From the NCBI GenBank assembly GCA_027314915.1, contig DAHUZZ010000010.1:3221-67220 (forward strand): DNA of 64,000 nucleotides, in the 5' to 3' direction. The notes below the pieces were generated by a model that worked only from the letters and a program-made list of their open reading frames with translations, did not search any database and was not told where the DNA came from. Numbering within the stretch: the first letter of the stretch is position 1; every line of letters begins with the position of its first letter. This document shows positions 1 to 9,639 of the stretch, in pieces. The translations under genes and the position numbers were made by a program. Source of the stretch: Thermoplasmata archaeon. Lineage in GTDB: Archaea > Thermoplasmatota > Thermoplasmata > Lutacidiplasmatales > UBA184.

Positions 1-699
1 TCCGATCGAGGGGAAGTCGAAGAGGCGCTCCGCGTACGAGCGAGCTTTTCCGGCGAGCCCCGGCAAGGTGGGCAGCCCCGCGCCGACCAAGACCATCGGG
101 AGTTGCTCCTGGGCGAGCCGGTGCATCGCCATCGTGAGGGAGCGTAGCTCGAGTTCGGAAATGTACTGGAGCTCGTCGATCAGGACCGCAACTCCCGTTC
201 GGCGGTCCTTCGCAGCCTCCGCCACGTTCACAAACAGATCCGCGAGATCGTTCTCAAGGTCGCCGCTATCGGCGACGCCGGGCTCGGCGTCCAGATCGAG
301 CCCCAGCTCCAACCCCGAGTACCCCACGCGAACCGCGGAGGCGAACGACTTCAACACCCCGAGGGCCCGGCGGACCCGGGCGCTCGCGCTTGCGATGCGA
401 TCGAGCTCCAACAGCAGACCGCGGATCTGCGGGGTAAGGTGGGAGAGCAGACCCGACTGCTCCGGAGTCTCGATCAGGATCACCCGGTATCCCGAGTTGG
501 CTGCCCTCCGCTTGATCTCATTGAGCAGGACCGTCTTCCCCACTCCACGAAGGCCGGTCATGAGGATACTCTTCGCGGCCCGCCCTTGAATGACCCGGCT
601 GAGCAGGACTTGGGCTCGTTCCAGCGTGTCTTGACGGCCCACGAGCTCCGGCGGTGGCGCCCCTGCTCCAGGGGAGAACGGGTTCGTGACCGGATCCAT
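1..699 (-). CDS. AAA-type ATPase (AAA_16 / archaeal-ATPase-like), partial; 3' end outside window
   Basis: Absent from the ORF track because it runs off the left edge. My minus-strand translation from the ATG at 699 reads MDPVTNPFSPGAGAPPPELVGRQDTLERAQVLLSRVIQGRAAKSILMTGLRGVGKTVLLNEI...TGVAVLIDELQYIS. Walker A is GLRGVGKT and Walker B-like is VLIDE. Confidence 0.75.
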   Translation of the reverse strand, partial: MDPVTNPFSPGAGAPPPELVGRQDTLERAQVLLSRVIQGRAAKSILMTGLRGVGKTVLLNEIKRRAANSGYRVILIETPEQSGLLSHLTPQIRGLLLELDRIASASARVRRALGVLKSFASAVRVGYSGLELGLDLDAEPGVADSGDLENDLADLFVNVAEAAKDRRTGVAVLIDELQYISELELRSLTMAMHRLAQEQLPMVLVGAGLPTLPGLAGKARSYAERLFDFPSIG

Positions 700-1649
700 C
701 GGCTCCCCGATGTATTGGAACTTATTTGAGATTATTGGGCAAATACACAATAAATGGCAATAAACGGCCATACACGGGAGGGCGAAGGTTCAGAGGGATT
801 CGCCTCACCAGCAGATCATTCCTTGGGGGGGCACCTACGACCCTCCGAGTTGAACCGGCGTCGATCTTTAGACCCCCATCCATCGTCGGGAAGAAGTCGC
901 GTCACGCTTCCCCGCACGGTCGGTTCCTCCCGCGTTGCAGGGTGAACGGCGCCGCCGGAAGATGCCAATCAAGGTCTAGGATCCCTCGCCGGTGCGCTCG
1001 GACTCCGTGGTCCATGAAAGGGTGGAGGAGGAGCTCGACGGGGAGGCGCGTGGGCGGCGGAACGGGCGGATGGGCGTGGTGGCCTTTGGCGCCACCTCCA
1101 CCGCGGCGTTCCTCTACTACGTCGCGGTCGTCACGTCCCCCGGGACCGTGGCTGTCGGTCCCTGGTTCTTGAACCACTTCGTCTTGCGGGCGCTTGCGGG
1201 GAGAAGGGGTCGGAAGGTCCGAGACGACGAGGACGGGTCCGCTCCGTTGCCTCCGGGTCCGAACGAGCGATCGACCGGACCTTGGTTCCGGGTTCGAAGA
1301 ACGGCCGGGCGCCGGACGTGTAGTCGAGGGGCAGCTTGGCTGATTTCTCCGGCCCGCGTTACCCTAGGCCAGACGTGATCTGCCGCCGATCTCTTGACGC
1401 GTCTCCCCGCACGAACCTCCTCCGTTGCTCGACGAGAGGGGGCGACCCCCGGGGCCGAATCCTATCGTGGGGCCCCCACGCGCGCGCCCTCTCGCAACGG
1501 CCGCCGCGTCGCTCCCAAGGGGGAGGAGCTTCGGATCGCTCCTCGAGAGTTTCCACGGATCGAGATCGGAGCGGGGATCGTCGCTCCGGGGATTCGAGCT
1601 TCTGTTGGCGAAAGATTCTACCTCCGGGAGACTTACCTTGGAGGTCAGG

Positions 1650-2861
1650 ATGGGCGCGTCCGTGCGGATAGGAGGGCTGGTTCTGTCGATCGGTCTGGTC
1701 CTGGGTGTCCTCCTCGTCGCGCCGGCCAGCCCGCCCGGCCCCTGGAACGCCGGATCACCGGAGCCGTCAACCTCAGCCCCCCGGTACCTGAGCCCCCGTC
1801 CCATGCTCCTTTCGCCGACCCCCACGAACGTGAGTCTGACCGCGGGCTATCCGGTGAATCAAAGCCTACGCTACTGCGGGGCCGCGGACCTGGGGCTTGC
1901 CGTCCCGGGAGGAGCGATCGACCCGGGGACCACCCGAGAGACCTCGGCGAGTCTCACGGCCCCACCTACCATCGCGCTCAATGCCACACGATGGTGCCAC
2001 AGTTTCGTCCCGCCGACGTTCCCGAGCGTCACGGTCCCGACGCTCGGGAACTCCAGCCCGCAGACCGTTCCCTGGACGGACCCGCACGATCAGTACGGGA
2101 CTCCGTCGGGCTGCCACACGATCGCTTCCGTCTCGGTCCGGAGCGATGCGTTCTTCTCGGGAACTACGGCGGTCTTCGCTTCCAACGGGACCGGGACCCG
2201 CTCGACGGTGATCTGGCGTTCGGTGGGCTCGGAGCCGATCGCGGTCTCCGCGCCCGACCGCGCTCAGCCGGGGTCCTCGGTGTTCGCCTCCGTCACGGAT
2301 CTGACGTACACGCTGTCCCTGTGGATCACGCTCCACGGGGACGACGTGAACTGCACCGACGGGGAGGTCCTGGCCTCCAATTGGTCGCTGAATCTGACCG
2401 AGGGCCAGCCCAGCCCTTCGTCGGCGAGCATCCCGTCGATCAACGGCACCTTCCTCGTCGCGCCCCGACTCGCGGTGGACGAGGTCGCGGTGACTCCGGC
2501 GTTCCCGTCGGTGGGAGGGACGTTCGACCTTCGGGCGGAAGCGGGGGGCGGAGTTCCCCCGCTCTCGTACGACTGGCAACAACTCCCGACCGGATGTGCA
2601 CCGGCCAATGCCCCCAACATCACCTGCGTGGCGGGGGCGGCCGGGGCGTGGCATCCGGGCGTGTGGGTCACCGATTCCGAGGGGCTCCAGGGCCAGAACT
2701 CCACCTGGGTCAACGTGGCCCCGACCCCACCCCATTCGACCGCCGAACCGGCCAGAGCAACCCCCCTTGGTTCGCCCGCGATCGTAGCCCTGTTCCTCGG
2801 CCTACTGGCCGCGATGATCCTGACCGTGTATTGGGCCTCCCGGCGTCGGATCCCAAGGTAG
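1650..2861 (+). CDS. secreted / membrane-anchored surface glycoprotein (hypothetical)
   Basis: In-frame part of ORF 1425..2861. Start moved to ATG 1650, which is preceded by GGAGGT. Signal-like N-terminus MGASVRIGGLVLSIGLVLGVLLVAPASP, many N-x-S/T sequons, and a C-terminal TM helix followed by RRRIPR. Confidence 0.65.
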   Translation: MGASVRIGGLVLSIGLVLGVLLVAPASPPGPWNAGSPEPSTSAPRYLSPRPMLLSPTPTNVSLTAGYPVNQSLRYCGAADLGLAVPGGAIDPGTTRETSASLTAPPTIALNATRWCHSFVPPTFPSVTVPTLGNSSPQTVPWTDPHDQYGTPSGCHTIASVSVRSDAFFSGTTAVFASNGTGTRSTVIWRSVGSEPIAVSAPDRAQPGSSVFASVTDLTYTLSLWITLHGDDVNCTDGEVLASNWSLNLTEGQPSPSSASIPSINGTFLVAPRLAVDEVAVTPAFPSVGGTFDLRAEAGGGVPPLSYDWQQLPTGCAPANAPNITCVAGAAGAWHPGVWVTDSEGLQGQNSTWVNVAPTPPHSTAEPARATPLGSPAIVALFLGLLAAMILTVYWASRRRIPR

Positions 2862-3171
2862 GGGGACGGCGGCCACCCGGGCCTCCAGATTCTCCCGGAC
2901 CGAACCCGAGCGGCCGCCGGGGTCCCGGCCGGGAGGGGTCGAGCGATGGTCGCACCCGGCGAGCCCTCTGCGTTGCCCACGGAGCGCTCCTCGTGGCGGC
3001 CCGAAACCCTCCGGCGTTCCCGGACCGGGGAGCCCCGGTCGGGCCGAACTCCGGGGGCCGGCTTCCCCCGATCTGCGGAGCCGGGGGTCGGCCGACCCGC
3101 GCCGGGGGCGCCCGCTCGGGGGCTCGCACCTGCAACGGGCGGGCGGACTTCGAACTCCGCGCGGCCGAGGC

Positions 3172-4307
3172 CTACAGGATCTTTCCCGCGCGGACGACGG
3201 GGGTCCCGTCGACCGAGATCTCGGCGCCCGCGAGCGAGAACCACGTAACGAAGCTCGATCTGTTGGACCCGCCCAACCCTCGGTACCCCCGATCTGAAGG
3301 GAGACGCAGCCCCGTTCCCACTTTTCCGGGTAGGGCACCTCCCGGGCGGCCGGGTTGAGCCCGAGGGTGAGCGCGCGGGTCCGGTCCTTTCCGGCGGAGG
3401 CGCGCCGGTACTGCCGGACGAACGCCTCCTCTCCGTCCTGGAACGAGTACGAGCTCAGCTGGCCGCCCGAGAACTCGACCGTGCCCCCGGCGTGCCAGCT
3501 CCACCAGATGTTCGTCCGCCGGTTCGCACGGAAGCGCCCCTCGGCGGTCCGGGAGTCGAGGACAACGTCGGTGGACCCCGCGGGGAGGTTCGTCAGCCTG
3601 CCGTAGGGGGAGTCCCCCTGGGTCCAGGAGTGGGGCCTCCCGTCCTGCACCCGGGGAGCCGCCCCGGACCGCGCGACCTCGAGGTCGGTCCCGTTGGGGT
3701 GGGTGATCCGCACCTTCGATCCGCGGGCGAGCGCCCTCCCGAGCCGGGCCCCGCTCCGGGCGAGCACGTCCGGGTCGACGAGCGAGGCCCGGAGGAAGCG
3801 CTCCTGCCACGGATCGAGCTCCGGGCCCCACGCGCGGGCCCGCACTTCCATCGCGAAGCCGGCGGTCATCCTCACCCCTCGGAGCCCCGTCTTCCGGGAC
3901 ACCTCGTACCAGGGCCAGTTCCCGTCGAAGGCGGCGTCGGCGCTTTCGGGGAGCCGATCGATGCGGTCGGGGTCGCCCGGTCCCCAGAAGTTCACGTACA
4001 CGTCCGCGGCCTGGAGCGCCGCCCACTCGGGGGCGCTCGACCGGCCGAGGAGGCGGCTCTGCTTCCGGTCGATCGCGCGCCACCACGCGTCCTCGTCGTT
4101 GTAGATCAGGAGGGCCCGGCCCCCCACCCGGCGGACCTCGTCGAGCAGGGCCGTGGCCATCGGCAGGGTGTGGTTCCACGACTCGATGATCGTGTTCTCC
4201 CCGGAGCGGACCTTGAGGTACTGGGTCACGAGGTGACGTGCCGCGTGGCGCTCGAGCTTCGAGGGCGGTGCCCTGAGGGAGATGCGGCCATGGGACAGCC
4301 CGTACAC
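3172..4307 (-). CDS. M29-family (aminopeptidase T/PepS-like) aminopeptidase, interrupted by an apparent frameshift
   Basis: ORF 2802..4430 carries the body (THPNGTDLEV, NLPAGSTDVV, LTLGLNP, GCVSLQIGG). The expected C-terminus (GGSNRSSFVTWFSLAGAEISVDGTPVVRAGKIL) is in the frame of ORF 3172..4179. The frames switch near the C5 run at 3286-3290. Start is uncertain (GTG 4307 proposed). Confidence 0.6.
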
Positions 4308-4405
4308 GAGTGCCCCGGCCCCGGTAGGACGCCTACCCGTTCGGGACCGCGGAGGGCGGGCCGTCGGGGGGGGACGATTCATACCGGGCGGCCCTGGCGG
4401 GGATC

Positions 4406-4858
4406 GTGCCACGGGGTCGCGGACCTGCACCGAAGTCTGCGGGGGCTTCGCACCCGGACCGACGGGCTCCCGGTCGCCGATCGGGCGCCTCGCCCGGAGC
4501 GTCGGCCGACTGGCGCGACGGAAAGCTGGCCCAGTTGCGCGACCTGATCCGGGAGGCGGACCCCACCGCGGTCGAGGAGGTGAAGTGGAGGAGGCCCAGC
4601 AACCCCGACGGGGTCCCCGTCTGGTCCCACGACGGGATCCTCTGCATCGGCAACACCCTCAAGGCCTCCGTACGGCTGACCTTCCCCAAGGGGGCCCGGA
4701 TCCGCGATCCGGGGGGCCTCTTCAACGCCCGGATGGACAGCCGGACGGTGCGCGCCATCGACTTCCACGCGGAGGATGAGGTGAACGCCCCCGCGGTGAC
4801 GGCGATCCTTCGCGAGGCGGTGGCGCTGAACACCGCCCGATCGCGGGGTCCGGACTGA
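4406..4858 (+). CDS. DUF1801 (YdhG-like) domain protein
   Basis: ORF track. LAQLRDLIREADPTAVEEVKWRRPSNPDGVPVWSHDG fits the DUF1801 pattern. GTG start with the TATA-like attcatac about 25 nt upstream. Confidence 0.7.
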   Translation: MPRGRGPAPKSAGASHPDRRAPGRRSGASPGASADWRDGKLAQLRDLIREADPTAVEEVKWRRPSNPDGVPVWSHDGILCIGNTLKASVRLTFPKGARIRDPGGLFNARMDSRTVRAIDFHAEDEVNAPAVTAILREAVALNTARSRGPD

Positions 4859-4913
4859 GACGGCGCCGCCCTGGACCCGGGGGTCCCGCCGCGCGCCGGA
4901 CCGGCGACGGGCG

Positions 4914-5342
4914 TCAGTCCTTCCAGGGGAGTCGGGCCGAGGCGTGGCCGAGCACGTACTTCCAGGAACCGGGGGTGCGCGCGTAGGTGTCCGAGAACCA
5001 TGCCCGATAGGCGAAGGGGACCCCCGCTTCGACGCCCTTCGCCCACCGGAGCGCCGTCACGACGGCGGTGTCCCCCCAGATGCGGACGATCCGGTCGGTG
5101 TCGTCCTGCCGCTCGTACGTGATCGCCCCCCCGCGCGCCTCCTCGAGGAGGTCGGGCTTGGTGACCACGCGACCGGTGCTCGAGATGAGGACGAAATCGT
5201 CGTCGAGGATCCGGTCCATGGTCTCCCAGTCGTTCCGGCCCACCGCGGCCTGGTACTCCGTGTCCAACCGGGCCAGCTCCTGCTCGTCGAGCACGGTCGA
5301 GTCGGCGGGGAGCGTCACCATGGGCGCCGACGACCGCTCCAC
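4914..5342 (-). CDS. SnoaL-like / DUF4440 (NTF2-fold) protein
   Basis: ORF track, 142 aa. The EYQAAVGRNDWETMDRILDDDFVLISSTGRVVTKPDLL pattern is typical of DUF4440. Confidence 0.75.
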   Translation of the reverse strand: MERSSAPMVTLPADSTVLDEQELARLDTEYQAAVGRNDWETMDRILDDDFVLISSTGRVVTKPDLLEEARGGAITYERQDDTDRIVRIWGDTAVVTALRWAKGVEAGVPFAYRAWFSDTYARTPGSWKYVLGHASARLPWKD

Positions 5343-5538
5343 CGGTAGGTATGGATTTACCGAGGTGGGCGCCGCCGGACACTCCAGTTGACGGCTCTTC
5401 CCATCGGGTCCCGCGGCCGGAATCTAGGGTCCGGGACACCTCCAGGGAGGATCCCGGCGCGGAGCGCGGGTCGCGTGCCGAAGGGACCCGCGAGGGCTGG
5501 GTAAACACGTATCTCGGAGCGCAACGTGCGGGACGCCG

Positions 5539-6240
5539 ATGACGCGATTCGTGCTCGTCCCCGGCGCCTGGCTGGGCGCCTGGGCCTGGAAATCCGTGGT
5601 CCCCCTGCTCGAGAGCGCTGGACATGAGACCTATCCGGTCACCCTGACCGGGATGGGCGAGCGGGTCCACCTGGCGTCGAAGGAGGTCGGGATGGAGACC
5701 GCGATCCAGGACGTCCTCAACGTCGTCCAGTACCATGAGATCCCGGAGTTCGTGCTGGTGGGCCACAGCTTCGCGGGCAAGGTGGCCGCCGCGGTCGCCG
5801 ACCGCGCCCATGCCCAGGTCCAGCGGGTGATCTACCTGGACTCGTTCCGCCCCGAACGGGTCCGCACCCCGCAGGGCGGCTTCGACCCGAGCGGAGAGTT
5901 CGGCCCGCAGCCGCCCGGCACCCTCGGCGTCCCCCTGACGACGGAGACCCTCGACCGGATCGGCCCGGACATCCAGGGGGCGAACCGGGCCCGCATGATG
6001 GCGCTCGCCACGCCCTGGCCGATCAAGCTCGCGATGGACTCCATCACCCTCTCGAAGAACTACGACTCGGTCAAGGAGGCCTACATCTTCTGCCCGCTCA
6101 GCGGCGATCCCGTCGACGAGATCATCGCGGGGAAGTGGGGGAAGCTCGAGGGGCCGCACCGGGTGATCGAGGCGGGCCACTGGCCGATGATCTCCCGTCC
6201 GGAGGACCTCGCCCGGGACCTCATCGCCCTGTCGAAGTGA
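5539..6240 (+). CDS. alpha/beta hydrolase (methylesterase/salicylate-esterase-like)
   Basis: ORF track. FVLVPGAWLGAWAWKSVVPLLESAGHE and the nucleophile elbow VGHSFAG. Confidence 0.85.
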   Translation: MTRFVLVPGAWLGAWAWKSVVPLLESAGHETYPVTLTGMGERVHLASKEVGMETAIQDVLNVVQYHEIPEFVLVGHSFAGKVAAAVADRAHAQVQRVIYLDSFRPERVRTPQGGFDPSGEFGPQPPGTLGVPLTTETLDRIGPDIQGANRARMMALATPWPIKLAMDSITLSKNYDSVKEAYIFCPLSGDPVDEIIAGKWGKLEGPHRVIEAGHWPMISRPEDLARDLIALSK

Positions 6241-6339
6241 GCCGCACCCCCTCGTCGTCCCGGGACGTCGCGGCGGCGCGCGCACGCCCGGGACCGCGGC
6301 CTTCCCGCGCGGTCGGGGCGGGCCCATGAGGGGGCCTTC

Positions 6340-7323
6340 GTGACGCCGTCCCCCGCCGGGACGGGACCCGGCCGGTTCGGGGCGTTCGAGCTCGTGCTGC
6401 TGGCGACCGTGAGCCTCGTCTGGGGCGCCGCCTACGTGTTCATCCGGCAGGGCCTCCTCCTCGGCGCCGCGCCGCTCGCCTACGCGGCGGTCCGGTACGG
6501 GCTCGCCGCGGTGGCTTTCGCGGGCCTCGCCGCGTTCCGTCGGCAGGCGCTCCCCGCGCGGGGGCCCTGGATCGCCTCGGCGGTCATCGGCGGGCTCCTG
6601 ATCATCGGCCTGTACGGGGGCCTGCTCTACTGGGGGGAGCAGTACACCACCGGCGGGTACGCGGCGGTCCTCGCATCGACCGTGCCGCTCCTCACGGTCG
6701 GATTCGGCGCGGTCCTCCTGCCCGCCGAGCGGCTCGGGATCCGCGGGATCACGGGCATGGCCATCGGCTTCGGGGGCGCGGTGGTCCTCGTCCTGCCCGA
6801 GCTCCTCGGGAGCCCGCTCGGCTCGGCGGAGGGCCCGCTCTTCGTCCTCCTGGCCATGATCTCGGCCTCCGCGGGGACGGTCCTCCTCCGGCGGTACGGG
6901 GGCGGTCCCCAGGGGCTCTGGCAGATCGGGACGCAGTTCCTCGTCGCCGGTCTCCTCCTCGGGCTCGCCGCCCTGGTGCTCCCCGGACAGACGGCGCTCC
7001 CCGGGTCCCCCCCGCTCCTCCTCGACCTGGCGGCGCTCGTCGGTCTCTCCTCGGTGCTCGGCTACTTCTCCTACTTCGCGCTCCACCACCGGGTCGGCCC
7101 GGTGCAGGCGAACGTCGTGACCTACCTCTCGCCCCTGGTCGGGCTCGCGATCGGCACCGGGCTCTACGGCGAGCCGGTGACCACGTTCGAGCTCGGCGGC
7201 ATCGTCATCGTGTTCGGCGGGGTCACCCTCGTGCTATGGGAGGCCGGCCTGCGCGCCCGGAGATCGTCGGTCCGTCCGTCGGAGGCCCCCCGGCCGATCG
7301 ACCGGAATCCCGGGCGCCCGTAG
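6340..7323 (+). CDS. EamA/DMT-family transporter
   Basis: ORF track, 327 aa. About 10 hydrophobic helices in a two-EamA-repeat organisation. Confidence 0.85.
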   Translation: MTPSPAGTGPGRFGAFELVLLATVSLVWGAAYVFIRQGLLLGAAPLAYAAVRYGLAAVAFAGLAAFRRQALPARGPWIASAVIGGLLIIGLYGGLLYWGEQYTTGGYAAVLASTVPLLTVGFGAVLLPAERLGIRGITGMAIGFGGAVVLVLPELLGSPLGSAEGPLFVLLAMISASAGTVLLRRYGGGPQGLWQIGTQFLVAGLLLGLAALVLPGQTALPGSPPLLLDLAALVGLSSVLGYFSYFALHHRVGPVQANVVTYLSPLVGLAIGTGLYGEPVTTFELGGIVIVFGGVTLVLWEAGLRARRSSVRPSEAPRPIDRNPGRP

Positions 7324-7324
7324 T

Positions 7325-7978
7325 ATGCGCGCAGGACGGGCGGGCCGGGGGGCCCCGGGCGTTCCCGACCCGGTCGCGGGACCCCCCGCGACGCCGACGG
7401 GCGCCTTCGACCTCCCCGGGTGGCACCTCATCGCCCGCGTGATGCGCCTTCGCCGCACCCTTCCCCGGTCCCCGCCCCGGCTCCTCGACCTCGGTATGGG
7501 TCGGGGCCGGGACCTGATCTACTTCGCCCGGCGCGGGTTCCGGGTCCACGGCATCGACCTCGATCCGGTCGCCGTGGAGCGCGCCCGCCGTCGGGCGGGC
7601 CGGCGGGGGGTACCGCTCTCGCTCGCCGTCGCCGATCTCCGGTCGGTCCGGTTCCGCGGCCGCTTCGACGTGGTGTTCTCGAGCTCGGCGCTGAACTTCC
7701 TCCCGGCCGGCGTGCGGAGGGCCCGGTTCGCCTGCTACCGGGCCGTCACCTGGCCGGGGGGACTCCACGCGGTGAACGCGTTCGTGACCCCCGGGGGCGC
7801 GCGTCCGTTCCCCGCCCTCGGGACGGGCGCCGTGGGGTTCCGGCCGGGCGAGCTCCGGGGGTACTACCGGGGCTGGGAGATCGTCGAGCAGGGCGCCGAG
7901 GAGTTCGTCCCGCCCGCCGCCCTGGGGGGCGGACGGGCGCGCCTCGAGGTGGTCGTGGCGCGGCGGCCCGTCAGGTGA
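7325..7978 (+). CDS. class I SAM-dependent methyltransferase
   Basis: ORF track. Motif I LLDLGMGRGRD followed by GFRVHGIDLD. Confidence 0.75.
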   Translation: MRAGRAGRGAPGVPDPVAGPPATPTGAFDLPGWHLIARVMRLRRTLPRSPPRLLDLGMGRGRDLIYFARRGFRVHGIDLDPVAVERARRRAGRRGVPLSLAVADLRSVRFRGRFDVVFSSSALNFLPAGVRRARFACYRAVTWPGGLHAVNAFVTPGGARPFPALGTGAVGFRPGELRGYYRGWEIVEQGAEEFVPPAALGGGRARLEVVVARRPVR

Positions 7979-8855
7979 AGAGGTCCTCGAGCGGGTTCTC
8001 CATCTCCCGGACCTCCCGGAGCTGGACCCCCTTCTCCTCGAGCTCGCGGAGGAGCCCGGGCACCGCCTCCGGCCCGGGGAGCTCCCGGAGGTAGTACTCT
8101 CCCTGGCGCGCGTAGCCGGCGAGCGCGTCGTTCGGCCCCAGGACCCGGAGCCCCACGACGAACCGGGCGGCGCGGAGGTTCTCGATCCGGTCGAAGAGCG
8201 CGAGCGCGCCCGCCCGGATCGCGAGGACGTACTCGCCGATCTCGCGGGCCTCGAAGAGGTTGTGCGAGGAGTACAGCACGATCTTCTCCCGGCTCAGGTC
8301 CAGGATCAGCGTGCGGATCTCCCGGGCGAGCCGGGGATCCAGGTTCGCGGTGGGCTCGTCGAGGAGGTAGATCTCCCGCTCGCGCAGGAAGATCCTCGCG
8401 ATCGAGACGCGCTTCTTCTGGCCGGCGCTCAGCCGGGCGAGGAAGTGGTCGGCGAACGGCCGGAGCTCGAGCCGTTCCAGGACCCGGTCGACGTCCGCGG
8501 GGGCCGCGCGCTCGACCCGCGCGTAGAACTCGAGCGCCTCGCGCACGGTGAGCCCGTCGGGCATCCCGTCGATGTGCGAGAGGTAGTGCAGCCGGTCGCG
8601 GGCCCGGGGGCGGTCGATGGGCTCGCCGGCGATGAGGACCTCACCCTCGTAGGGCTCGAGGATGCCGGAGAGCGTCCGGAAGAGGGTCGTCTTGCCGGCG
8701 CCGTTCGGCCCGAGGACGACGTAGATGCCGGGCCGGTCGATCTCGAAGGTGATGCCCTTCAGGACCCGGGTGCCGAGGTACCCCGAGCTCACCGCCCGGC
8801 AGGAGATGCTGGTCGCGGCGCCGTTCGCGCCGCTCCCGCCCCGGCCCGCCGCCAC
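7971..8855 (-). CDS. ABC transporter ATP-binding protein (ABC-2 type)
   Basis: ORF track. Walker A GPNGAGKTT, signature LSAGQKKR, Walker B IYLLDEP. Confidence 0.9.
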   Translation of the reverse strand: MAAGRGGSGANGAATSISCRAVSSGYLGTRVLKGITFEIDRPGIYVVLGPNGAGKTTLFRTLSGILEPYEGEVLIAGEPIDRPRARDRLHYLSHIDGMPDGLTVREALEFYARVERAAPADVDRVLERLELRPFADHFLARLSAGQKKRVSIARIFLREREIYLLDEPTANLDPRLAREIRTLILDLSREKIVLYSSHNLFEAREIGEYVLAIRAGALALFDRIENLRAARFVVGLRVLGPNDALAGYARQGEYYLRELPGPEAVPGLLRELEEKGVQLREVREMENPLEDLFT

Positions 8856-8868
8856 CCGTCCCCCTCCC

Positions 8869-9573
8869 TCAGGTCGGCGAGAGGAGCCGCTCGCGCGGCA
8901 TCAGCCGTTCCATGAACCGCAGGAGAAGCAGCACGAGGAGGACCACGACCAGCACCGCCGCGCCGGGGAGGGCGAGCGAGTCGGCGCGGCCGGTGGCGAT
9001 CGCGGCGATGAGCGTGAGCAGCGACGGCGCGACCCCGAGGATGGGCACGAGCCCGATGGGGCTGTTCATCCCCTCCCGCGGGGAGGAGAGGGAGGTCCAG
9101 AACATCCCGACGGTCGCCGCGAACGCGACGGAGGCGAACGACATCGGGAGGGAGTAGCCGAGGAGGAGCTCGGTGACGGAAAGCGGGAACGGCCGGCCCC
9201 GGCCCAGCGAGAGGAGGAGCGCGACCGACATGCTGACCGCGAGGACGATCGCGACCAGGATGCAGCTCGCCCCGAGGACGTTCGCGAAGAGCCGCCGGGG
9301 GGAGATCCCGTAGGCGATCAGGTACTCGAAGACGCCCTTGATCCGGTCGCTGGTGAAGACCATGAGGGCGCCCATGCCGCCGAGCGCGGCATACACCGGG
9401 ACGAGGAGGGCGCCGTACCCGCCGAAGCTCTCGGCCGCGAACCCGAGCCCCACCGCGAAGAGCGAGGAGAAGACGCAGCCGAGGACGAGGTAGACCCGAC
9501 CGCTGGTGATCGCCCGCCGTACCGTGATCCCGAAGAGCGAGGGCGGGGCGTCCGCGGGGTCGGGGCTCGTCAT
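8869..9573 (-). CDS. ABC-2 type transporter permease
   Basis: ORF track, 234 aa and polytopic. Lies directly upstream of the ATPase on the same strand. Confidence 0.75.
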   Translation of the reverse strand: MTSPDPADAPPSLFGITVRRAITSGRVYLVLGCVFSSLFAVGLGFAAESFGGYGALLVPVYAALGGMGALMVFTSDRIKGVFEYLIAYGISPRRLFANVLGASCILVAIVLAVSMSVALLLSLGRGRPFPLSVTELLLGYSLPMSFASVAFAATVGMFWTSLSSPREGMNSPIGLVPILGVAPSLLTLIAAIATGRADSLALPGAAVLVVVLLVLLLLRFMERLMPRERLLSPT

Positions 9574-9639
9574 CCGGACCCCGGTGCAGCCCCGGGAGCG
9601 ATAAGGCGTTCGTGGCGGAGGCCTTCCCGTCGGGATGCC

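Noticed and set aside
3088-3168. tRNA-like feature: a 7-bp acceptor-like pairing (TCGGCCG/CGGCCGA) and a CTTCGAAC T-loop-like sequence about 81 nt apart
   Set aside because: The interior is almost pure G/C and has no plausible D-arm (no A/GG D-loop). The T-loop would be 8 nt with an imperfect stem. The acceptor pairing is just a CGGCCG palindrome, which is common at this GC content. No other canonical GGTTCGAATCC-type T-arm was seen on either strand of the window.
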